Shown here piece after piece: positions 56,699 to 64,000 of a stretch of DNA of 64,000 bases. The position numbers and the translations under genes are program-made. This stretch comes from a virus, in the IMG/VR virus record IMGVR_UViG_3300030397_000361, positions 25-64,024 of that record; one strand, written 5' to 3'. Each line of letters opens with the position of its first letter. Position 1 is the stretch's first letter. A model generated the notes under the pieces. That model was given only the letters and a program-made list of their open reading frames with translations. It was not told where the DNA came from and ran no database searches.

Positions 56699-56878
56699 CA
56701 GGGGTTAGGAGGCGCGGAGCGAAGGGGCAACCCGGCACGCAGGAGAGAGAAATTGAACGGAGGTTCATTGTAAGCCACGGGTATTATACCGCATCTGAGG
56801 CGAGTTAACAATTGCGGGTTGGTCACAGTTGGCTTACGGTTTACTCACATTTTGTTTATGAAGTTCATAGAAACTCAC

Positions 56879-56919
56879 TTGATTATTTGCTTGACAAGAA
56901 ATCAAAAATAGAGTATAAT
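56879..56919 (+). promoter_or_regulatory. Consensus promoter with an inverted-repeat operator
   Basis: TTGACA-17-TATAAT; TTGATT/AATCAA arms flank the -35. Confidence 0.85.
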
Positions 56920-56962
56920 TTAGATAGTTAAGCGAAACAGTAGCAAGAAAGGAAACTGAAAG

Positions 56963-57217
56963 ATGACTAACTTAAACCCAAGAGTGCGAACACAGGAGCT
57001 CATGGATAATCTGGATAAAGTCTGGAGAAACGTAGAATTCAATAATGAGCCTGACAACGCAATTGATTTAGCATTTATGGAGTGCTTTGCAATGGAATTA
57101 GGCGAAGAGCACAAGTCAGATGGGAAACCAAATGATCCACCATTCAAAAATTCAAACCTACGACATGCTTTTAGTGAAGGGTGGCTAGGATGGGATAGAA
57201 ACGGATTAGCAGTATAA
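56963..57217 (+). CDS. Hypothetical protein
   Basis: GAAAGGAAACTGA SD region; 84 aa. Confidence 0.7.
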   Translation: MTNLNPRVRTQELMDNLDKVWRNVEFNNEPDNAIDLAFMECFAMELGEEHKSDGKPNDPPFKNSNLRHAFSEGWLGWDRNGLAV

Positions 57218-57267
57218 CCAATCAAGACCTGAGCCAAGTCACTAAACTGGCTCGAAAGGATCACGAG

Positions 57268-57519
57268 ATGACTACTAAAACCCAAACCATAGCAGGCCAC
57301 GAAATCACCCTAGAAACCGGAAAGAATTACATCGCAACCAGACCAGCCGCAACCCGCCGTAACCAAGTGTTCACCGTAACAATCATCCGCAACACACAAA
57401 ACGCCATCATTCAAAAGGGCGCAGGCTTCAAGGTGCGCCGCCTGAGTTACGATCAAGCCAATGACCTGATCAACGCATTTAACAATGGCGATTGCTCATT
57501 CTCAGGAAGGGACTGGTAG
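57268..57519 (+). CDS. Hypothetical protein
   Basis: 83 aa, AAGGA SD. Confidence 0.65.
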   Translation: MTTKTQTIAGHEITLETGKNYIATRPAATRRNQVFTVTIIRNTQNAIIQKGAGFKVRRLSYDQANDLINAFNNGDCSFSGRDW

Positions 57520-57522
57520 CCG

Positions 57523-57720
57523 ATGACCAAACACGGCGGCAAACGACCAGGCGCTGGCAGGCCAGCAGGCACGACCAAACCTGACAAGCGCCCGATGCTA
57601 CAGGTCAGAGTAGCACCCGCAACGCTCGAATGGTTCACGAGGCAGGCAGAGCTAAACGGGATGAAACTAGGAAGATGGTTCGATAAATTAGCAGATGAAT
57701 GCCGAAAGGCGAAAGGATAG
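57523..57720 (+). CDS. Small ribbon-helix-helix-like regulator
   Basis: GGKRPGAGRP tail; MLQVRV strand; TLEWFTRQA helix. Confidence 0.7.
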   Translation: MTKHGGKRPGAGRPAGTTKPDKRPMLQVRVAPATLEWFTRQAELNGMKLGRWFDKLADECRKAKG

Positions 57721-57818
57721 GATGAATGCTGAAAGCCTTGGGTACATTCAAGGCGAATCAATTACCCCCTAGCTGAAGCTAGGGGCATCCTTGAAAGGAA
57801 AGACGGTGAAGAAACCCC

Positions 57819-57845
57819 AAGAGCCTCAATCGAGGCTCTTTTTTT
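57819..57845. terminator. Terminator at convergent arms
   Basis: AAGAGCCTC-AATC-GAGGCTCTT-T tract; second hairpin CCCCTAGC/GCTAGGGG at 57766..57785. Confidence 0.75.
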
Positions 57846-58443
57846 ATGCCAATCTAATCACAACCCGATCCGCTTCCCGCTTCACCGTGTCAGTCTCAGT
57901 CAGCCCCGCTATAACGATCTCACGCGCAAGCCGAGGCGGCTCGGCTATCGGCTCGCCAATCGGCAACGGGTCAGGCACCACCAAACCCGCCACACGCTGA
58001 AATACCACGTAAAACGAGTGGTGGAATAATGTGTTGCCGCTGTCTTCGTCTGGATGGCCCGAATGTAGCCCAGTCACAACTTCGCTCGGCAACTCAGGAT
58101 CAACCATCGAAACCGAATAGCGTCCGCCTCGCCACATCGGGAAATTGTTAGCCGGTTCGTTTCCGGGCTTGTCCACGCCAAATTCGCGATGGATATCCTC
58201 GCCTTCAGCGGCAAGCGAGAATCGGCCAGATGCAAACCGTTTGCCGTCCTCGTCCAGGCAATCGAGGTAGCAGTTATGCTTTCCGCGATTCTCAGTGCCG
58301 GTCAAGTGATGCACGCCGATACAACGCCAGTGTGGTATGGTGCCTCGAAGTGCCACAACCCCAACGCCGTACTTGGCATCTGGTATCGGTCGCACCATTG
58401 TGGCTCTAAATATGGCGTTGTAGCGTTTGTGGTCGAAGCTCAT
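57844..58443 (-). CDS. Beta-sandwich protein resembling domains recalled from Chloroflexota surface/amidase proteins
   Basis: VHHLTGTENRGKHNCYLDCLDEDG, DKPGNEPANNFPMW, HPDE..GNTLFHHSFYVVFQR; family recognition from memory only. Confidence 0.55.
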   Translation of the reverse strand: MSFDHKRYNAIFRATMVRPIPDAKYGVGVVALRGTIPHWRCIGVHHLTGTENRGKHNCYLDCLDEDGKRFASGRFSLAAEGEDIHREFGVDKPGNEPANNFPMWRGGRYSVSMVDPELPSEVVTGLHSGHPDEDSGNTLFHHSFYVVFQRVAGLVVPDPLPIGEPIAEPPRLAREIVIAGLTETDTVKREADRVVIRLA

Positions 58444-58703
58444 ACCTCAAACTCCAGGTCAGTGTCACCTTGCACCGCGTCACGCGCCGCTGCCTCATCA
58501 ATAATCGCCTGATACTGTCTGGATTGCCGGGTCAAGCTGGTTTTAATGTGATCCATTACGAAATCGGCAACCGCCTGGTTGTCGTTTATGTTGCCGCTGT
58601 AGCCGTTGAGCCGTGCGACGTTGCGAAATACGGTCGCGGCCTTAGTGTTGCTGGCGGTGATGGTCGAAGTTATTGCGCCTGCTGTAAATTCTAATGTTGC
58701 CAT
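58440..58703 (-). CDS. Hypothetical protein (fibre-associated)
   Basis: Probable start MATLE. Confidence 0.55.
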   Translation of the reverse strand: MATLEFTAGAITSTITASNTKAATVFRNVARLNGYSGNINDNQAVADFVMDHIKTSLTRQSRQYQAIIDEAAARDAVQGDTDLEFEV

Positions 58704-59074
58704 AATGATCCCCGCTCTGGCTTGCACTGAGGCAAGCCGATAACATTGAGCGTTTTGTAATCGCTCAGACTTTTGGATAGTGCCAAAGCATCAGTCATCC
58801 TGTCACCTAATGATATAAATGTGTCACACTTCTGCGCTATATTTTGCACACTTTCCGGCGCAACTAGATTGGCGCAATGTGGATCGCCAGCGATGGCAAT
58901 GGCGTAGAGGCGGCGTGTCTCAGCCTGGTATCGGTAATCCTGCCAGTAAATGTCAAGGTGCCTGAAATCCTCTGGAACACTGCCAGATTGCACGAAGGCG
59001 ATTGAGGCGCATAAGAGTGCGATCATCAGCCGAGCAATCCTAGAAACCCGATGCCAGTGCCCCACAGCACGCAA
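58691..59074 (-). CDS. Hypothetical secreted/membrane protein
   Basis: Hydrophobic segment MIALLCASIAFVQ; start uncertain. Confidence 0.45.
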   Translation of the reverse strand: MRAVGHWHRVSRIARLMIALLCASIAFVQSGSVPEDFRHLDIYWQDYRYQAETRRLYAIAIAGDPHCANLVAPESVQNIAQKCDTFISLGDRMTDALALSKSLSDYKTLNVIGLPQCKPERGSLWQH

Positions 59075-59280
59075 ATGACAATAGGCAGTACAATCGAGAA
59101 AAACAGGAACCAGGCCACGGCAAAGCCGCCGCCGAATTCAAGCCCATCGCGAAATGTCAGTTTCACTCGTATCGGTTGCTCAACGCTCATGTGTGCGTTT
59201 GGCTTTTTCTTCGGCTTTGGGACTGTTGGTTGTCCGTCTTTTTTTATCAAACTCATAGCCAACTTATGACCCCCTCTCAC
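59026..59280 (-). CDS. Hypothetical membrane protein
   Basis: C-terminal TM segments; GAGGGG SD. Confidence 0.55.
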   Translation of the reverse strand: MRGGHKLAMSLIKKDGQPTVPKPKKKPNAHMSVEQPIRVKLTFRDGLEFGGGFAVAWFLFFSIVLPIVICVLWGTGIGFLGLLG

Positions 59281-61907
59281 TGTCGCTTCAGTTCGTCAAT
59301 CTCTGCCTTCAGGTCTTTAATCGCCTGCACCAAGACAACGGATAGCGCATCATAATTGAGTGAGTACAAGCTTGTGTCTTCATTATCAATGTGAGGCACC
59401 AATTCAGGCAAGATTTCTTTTACGTCTTGAGCCAGTAGACCAATTTTTCGCCCCGGTCTGGTGGACTTTTCAACGAACTCGCCATCTTTTAACTCGCCAT
59501 CTTTTCTGAGATATGATATTGGTTTGAGCTTTACAACCTCATTAAGGCCATAGCCGATTTCTTGAATATCAGTCTTGATCCGCTCATCTGAAAATGTAGT
59601 CCAGGCTACGTCCGCATAGGCTGTGCCATCCTCTTGGAAAATATAGCGCGTTGTTCCTGCGTCTTTGATCGCGAACAGGTTGCCGCCTGTGTTTACACCA
59701 GCTATAGACGTGCCGCTCTTAACATAGGCATTTGCTTCGATCACCGCTGTTGATGTCGTAGTCGTAGTCGTGTCAGCGTTGACGCCATTTAGACCCTGCA
59801 ACCTGATCGAGACTGGCACATCATCAGCATCACAAGCCGCCTGTAGAAGGTAGCCTCCTGATGTATTCGAGATTGGATATATTGCGCCATAGGTATCAGT
59901 CTCCATAATGCTAGTCATACCGTGCGCTACACTGCCGTGTTTGACAGTAAATATCTGATTGCTATTGGTACTAAGCATTGTTAGCCCAGCGGTCATATTG
60001 GCGTTGGCCGTGTCATTGATAAAAACGGCTCCGCCTGTGCCGATTCTCATTCGGTCAGTGTTGTTTGTCCTGAACACCATCGGATGATTAGTCCACGTCC
60101 CCGCGTAACAAATGCCGCCAGCGCCAGCAATCAAACCCATCTCTACATTGTTCGTGCTATCTCTGACCGCTACTTGCGCCCCGCTGCCATTGGTCGAAAC
60201 ATAAATACCATCAGACGATTGCGTTGGCGTATCCGTGCCCGGCCCAACGTGTAACAGTTTCAGCGGATTGGTATTGCCAATCCCTACGTTCCCTCCAGTC
60301 AAAACCCTAACTCGATCCGCGTTATTTGTTCTAAGCACCAAGTCGTGATTAGTCCACGACCCCGCGTAACAAATGCCGCCAGCGCCAGCAATCAAACCCA
60401 TCTCTACATTGTTCGTGCTATCTCTTGCGCTGATGTGCGTGCCGCCATTCATTGACACATACAAACCATCAATCGCCGATTGAGTCGGCGTATCCGTGCC
60501 CGGCCCTACATGCAATTTAGCCAATGGCGCAGTGTTATTGATGCCAACTCTGGTATTAGTGCTTTGGCAATAGACATAATTTGTGCCATCGTTTTTGCGT
60601 ATCTCCAAGTTGCCGCCATTGGATGACGACCCCGAAAACGGATACAGTGACACCAGCCCAGTCGATTCTGTTACCGCTGCTGTGAGGCCATAGTTGTTGC
60701 TACGATAGGAATCGGTTGACTGATCATAGCTGGTGTTTATTTGGAAGCCAGAGGTAATGTCAGCCGAGACGCTAGAATAGGCAGAGCCAATCAGCAAATA
60801 ATAATTAGCATCGTTCGTGTCTTCACCGCCTGTAATAGACAATCTCGGAAATGTCGGCGTGTTGACGTTCTTAAAGGCGCTGTGCCAGTCTGGGCTGCCA
60901 TCTCTGGTTAGCCGAAGCGAGCCCACAACCTCTACCGTTTCGCTTGGCGTTTCTCCGTTTGCGCCGCCGAATAATACATTCTGTTTGAATTGAACGTCGT
61001 CGGTGACAGTTATATCGTCTGCTGTTGTTGGCTGTGAAGCATTGCCGCCGCCGCCCAATGCGCCTGCGATTCGGTATGGCACATCAGCCGCAGTGATTGC
61101 CTGGCTGTCATCGCCGAACAGCGTCCGCATATCGTCAATGTCACTGTGCGTTACGGCTGTCTGTCCATCGTACAATCTGACATAGGCGCTGATAATGTAG
61201 TTGGATGCGCTGATCGTCGGATCAGGCGGACGCCCTGAGTTGATACCAGTCGTCGAACCATTGGACGTTTTTACCTTGTTGTCGTCACGGTCAAGATATA
61301 TTGCTACAAATCGCTGTTGATTGGTGCCGGGCGCGGCGCTTGACAGAGAAATACTAGTCGCGCCTGCAAATAGAACAGTAGCCCCGTCCTTGATGTACTT
61401 GAACTTTTTGACATCAACGGTCAAACCACTCGATGTCCCCGGTACGGTTTTGAGCGGTCTCAGGTTAGATACACCGAGCGCAAGCGGATCATAGCCCCTG
61501 GTTTGATACGGTGTATTAAAATTAAATTCGATCTCGTGAGATATAGCGTGTTCTGCAACATCGGTAAAATTGTGCCCATTTTCCAAAAATCCGAGGTCTG
61601 TATAATCATTGTCAATGATGCCAAGCTTCCCGGTGTAGATATTTGTCCCATACAAAACGCGTTTGCCAACCTGATTAGATCCAGCAAAATTATCAGCCTG
61701 CCATAGTGGAGAGGATTCGTTCGTGCTGTTGATGCCAACGGTCTTGAGCCAAACCCGCTGGCTATGGTCGCCTTCTGGTGAGCCATTCGGGCCGTCTGTG
61801 ATTTCAGCCGGTATAGCCAGACCGTTGCGCCAGTTGTCGATTTCTTCTTTCGCGGCTTCTCTGGCCACGCCTTCTACGGCCCGTTTAATGTCATCATTTA
61901 GCGCCAT
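59277..61907 (-). CDS. Tail fibre with C-terminal intramolecular chaperone (peptidase S74)
   Basis: GNVGIGNTNP fibre repeats; WTTFSDERIKTDIQEI...LKPISY...GLLAQDV...LNYDAL chaperone motifs. Confidence 0.9.
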   Translation of the reverse strand: MALNDDIKRAVEGVAREAAKEEIDNWRNGLAIPAEITDGPNGSPEGDHSQRVWLKTVGINSTNESSPLWQADNFAGSNQVGKRVLYGTNIYTGKLGIIDNDYTDLGFLENGHNFTDVAEHAISHEIEFNFNTPYQTRGYDPLALGVSNLRPLKTVPGTSSGLTVDVKKFKYIKDGATVLFAGATSISLSSAAPGTNQQRFVAIYLDRDDNKVKTSNGSTTGINSGRPPDPTISASNYIISAYVRLYDGQTAVTHSDIDDMRTLFGDDSQAITAADVPYRIAGALGGGGNASQPTTADDITVTDDVQFKQNVLFGGANGETPSETVEVVGSLRLTRDGSPDWHSAFKNVNTPTFPRLSITGGEDTNDANYYLLIGSAYSSVSADITSGFQINTSYDQSTDSYRSNNYGLTAAVTESTGLVSLYPFSGSSSNGGNLEIRKNDGTNYVYCQSTNTRVGINNTAPLAKLHVGPGTDTPTQSAIDGLYVSMNGGTHISARDSTNNVEMGLIAGAGGICYAGSWTNHDLVLRTNNADRVRVLTGGNVGIGNTNPLKLLHVGPGTDTPTQSSDGIYVSTNGSGAQVAVRDSTNNVEMGLIAGAGGICYAGTWTNHPMVFRTNNTDRMRIGTGGAVFINDTANANMTAGLTMLSTNSNQIFTVKHGSVAHGMTSIMETDTYGAIYPISNTSGGYLLQAACDADDVPVSIRLQGLNGVNADTTTTTTSTAVIEANAYVKSGTSIAGVNTGGNLFAIKDAGTTRYIFQEDGTAYADVAWTTFSDERIKTDIQEIGYGLNEVVKLKPISYLRKDGELKDGEFVEKSTRPGRKIGLLAQDVKEILPELVPHIDNEDTSLYSLNYDALSVVLVQAIKDLKAEIDELKRQ
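60085..60425. repeat. Internal duplication in the tail fibre (261-nt period; 80-bp core 79/80 identical)
   Basis: 60085..60164 versus 60346..60425. Confidence 0.9.
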
Positions 61908-63646
61908 ATGATCTCCCCCTTTCCGTTCGCCGCAACATCATTTGTTGCGGCGTTCCAGGTCGCATACAATGGAGCCTGAGCAATGGCGATTTGATCGGCG
62001 GCGCTATCCATATTGGCGATGGCTATCCGGTCATCTGATGTATTAATCGCCGCCGCTGAAACGTCGAACGGTAATGAACCAAGGTTTGTCCAGTTGTCGC
62101 CACCGTCGCTCGTGTACCAGAGCGCACGAGAGCCGCCAGTTACAAATGCGTAGATTGACTGCTCACTAATCACAATGATCTGGCTAACCCAAGCAGCTGA
62201 CCAACTTGCGTTGCCAATGTCGGTGTTGTAACTGGCCCCGCTATCGGTTGACAGCCTCAAATACTCGCCGCCGCCCAAAGGCCAGTAGCCGTATATATAG
62301 ACATAGCCGCCGTTGTTTTGGAATGGCGCTTTACATTGTGCGTAATAGGTGCGTGCATCCCATTGCGCTAGTGTTGAGGTGCCAAGCGCAAATGTTTGCG
62401 CTTCCGCAAGATCGCTGACCAATGCCTGAGCGGCGTATATGTTGCCATCCTCAACGTCAAGATAGGTGTAATATATCCGTGTGCCATCACCTATATCAAT
62501 ACTGTGATTGCCCGGTCTGATGTCGTCACCACCAGCGGGTGCTGCAACATCTGTAGTAATAACATATGCCTCAGATGAGTTGTGCGAGCCAAGGATGGCA
62601 TAGGCGCTGTCCAACACGCCCATTTTGTCACCCCGATATATTGTTACGCCACCAGTGGTAATTGTGTCATCATCTCCCTCTGTAATCGTTGTCCCATCAA
62701 TCTCAAGCTCGATAACCGGGGCTGAAGTGCCCGATACTGGCAACGTGTACATTATAGCAATATATGAGGCTAAGACCTTTATGCTTTGGATTCTGGACAC
62801 ACTAAAACTGCTAACATCTGTTTCGCCGCCAATGTCGAACGTAGTGCCGTTTAAGGTTAGTATTCGAGTGCGCATTCCAGTTGTGCTATTTATAAAGGCA
62901 AATATCATTGCCGTACCGCTGACCTTCGTTACCTCGACTTTATAAATGAATGAAGCGTTGGAAACGGCAATGGTATCAATGCGCTTCTCTGTTTCTGGCG
63001 TAATTGCGTGCGTCGTGTCGTCTATGGTAAGGATTTTCCCGTAGGGATAACTGCTGTCGTCCAAGTTACCATAAACCATTAGAGCCTTGGTTTCGCTGTA
63101 AACATCAAATGTAGGATTTCCACCAGCATGAGTGTTCGTGGAAACGATCTGGTAGGCTGTTTCTGTATCATCAATCGTTGTCCCGGAAATGGTTAAAACT
63201 TTCGCCCAAACTCCGGCACCGCCCGCCGCTCCTGTGTAAAGCATTAATACCTTTGTTGACGTAATAATATTGATTTGCGGACTTTGATATGCTGTTGTTG
63301 ATTGGTAAACTGTGTTGACAGTCACAACCGTACCACTAACAGACAAAATCACAAAGCGAACATTGCTGGCGCTGTTAGTGTAATACATCAGCACAAAAGC
63401 AGTGGTGTCACTCAGTCGTTTGATTTCGCAATAGTTCGGGTCTACACCGGTATTTTCGTCTATCTCGTACTCTGTGCCTGCCGCTGTTGCGGTCGTGCCT
63501 GAGACATCAACAACACGAGCATAAAACTTCCTGTTGGCATTGTCCTCATAAACAGCCAACGCCTTAGTCGAAGTCAAGGCAGTAATATCATACGCGCCGC
63601 CGGTGCGGCTATCAACCTGCTCGATGGTGCCTACGGTTAAGGTCAT
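61898..63646 (-). CDS. Beta-propeller tail-associated protein
   Basis: Repeated VLxxSGTTI blades; Asp-box LSTDSGASY and WYTSDGGDNW. Confidence 0.7.
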   Translation of the reverse strand: MTLTVGTIEQVDSRTGGAYDITALTSTKALAVYEDNANRKFYARVVDVSGTTATAAGTEYEIDENTGVDPNYCEIKRLSDTTAFVLMYYTNSASNVRFVILSVSGTVVTVNTVYQSTTAYQSPQINIITSTKVLMLYTGAAGGAGVWAKVLTISGTTIDDTETAYQIVSTNTHAGGNPTFDVYSETKALMVYGNLDDSSYPYGKILTIDDTTHAITPETEKRIDTIAVSNASFIYKVEVTKVSGTAMIFAFINSTTGMRTRILTLNGTTFDIGGETDVSSFSVSRIQSIKVLASYIAIMYTLPVSGTSAPVIELEIDGTTITEGDDDTITTGGVTIYRGDKMGVLDSAYAILGSHNSSEAYVITTDVAAPAGGDDIRPGNHSIDIGDGTRIYYTYLDVEDGNIYAAQALVSDLAEAQTFALGTSTLAQWDARTYYAQCKAPFQNNGGYVYIYGYWPLGGGEYLRLSTDSGASYNTDIGNASWSAAWVSQIIVISEQSIYAFVTGGSRALWYTSDGGDNWTNLGSLPFDVSAAAINTSDDRIAIANMDSAADQIAIAQAPLYATWNAATNDVAANGKGEIIWR

Positions 63647-64000
63647 CTAGAAAGTTCTCCAAGTGTACGTTGAGCCAGCGTCAGTGGTTTTACATAGATA
63701 CGTTCGCCATTTGTCGCCCTGATATTCTGCCAGAAACACGATTGTGTCTTCGGTGTAAGCACTGGCTTCGCATTTGACATAGGTCACGGTTGTCGCGGTT
63801 GGCGGCGTGGTATCACTATATGTATCTGTCGGATTGGTGCCAGGTGTAATATCAGTCCAGCTAACGCCGCTATCGGTCGAACGTTCGATCCAACCAACGC
63901 CGCAAGCGTAATAAATAGTACTGTCAAATGGATCAATCAAAATATCTCGACCCGTTGTCGCGCCCATTCCGGTTGTGCGCTGTGTCCAATCGTTACCGCT
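63647..64000 (-). CDS. Asp-box tail protein, 3' part (partial; frame open at the right edge)
   Basis: Frame continues upstream of the ATG at 63967 (SGNDWTQRTTG); ERSTDSGVSW and KTTDAGSTY motifs. Confidence 0.7.
   Translation of the reverse strand, partial: SGNDWTQRTTGMGATTGRDILIDPFDSTIYYACGVGWIERSTDSGVSWTDITPGTNPTDTYSDTTPPTATTVTYVKCEASAYTEDTIVFLAEYQGDKWRTYLCKTTDAGSTYTWRTF

Noticed and set aside
50688-56710. Identical GLPSLVLL peptide in minus-strand ORFs at 50.7 kb and 56.7 kb
   Set aside because: The codons differ, both segments are probably non-coding antisense frames, and one such match is plausible by chance in a six-frame translation
60085-60425. Diversity-generating retroelement TR/VR pair
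   Set aside because: Both copies are in-frame inside one gene with a single mismatch, and no reverse transcriptase is recognisable in the window

Overview
The window is almost entirely the genome of a tailed dsDNA phage with siphovirus-like organisation: HK97-fold capsid, long tape measure, no tail sheath seen. It is probably circularly permuted, because tail genes run off both edges on the minus strand. The minus-strand late block carries terminase, portal, MuF-like protein, a 2H-phosphoesterase/prohead-protease fusion, capsid, neck, tail and fibres. An AT-richer plus-strand cassette (amidoligase, gamma-glutamyl cyclotransferase, C26 glutamine amidotransferase, HTH) interrupts it. A long minus-strand early/middle block encodes a replication initiator plus DnaC-like loader, MT-A70 methylase, MazG, VRR-NUC and a second DnaA-N/HTH initiator with adjacent repeats. 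A divergent repressor switch leads to a plus-strand arm with a ParM-like ATPase and a small partner. No integrase is recognisable, so a phage-plasmid lifestyle is inferred. A Chloroflexota host is a tentative inference from recalled protein families. The most notable observations are: dual replicons plus ParMR; the 2H-protease fusion; the self-regulated amidoligase cassette; several promoter/operator/cargo/small-regulator units; two matching late promoters with attenuator-like leaders; an initiator-like tRNA with a GAT anticodon; repeated gene-junction sequences; and a frameshift in a tail gene. All family assignments come from motif recognition by eye, with no database searches.
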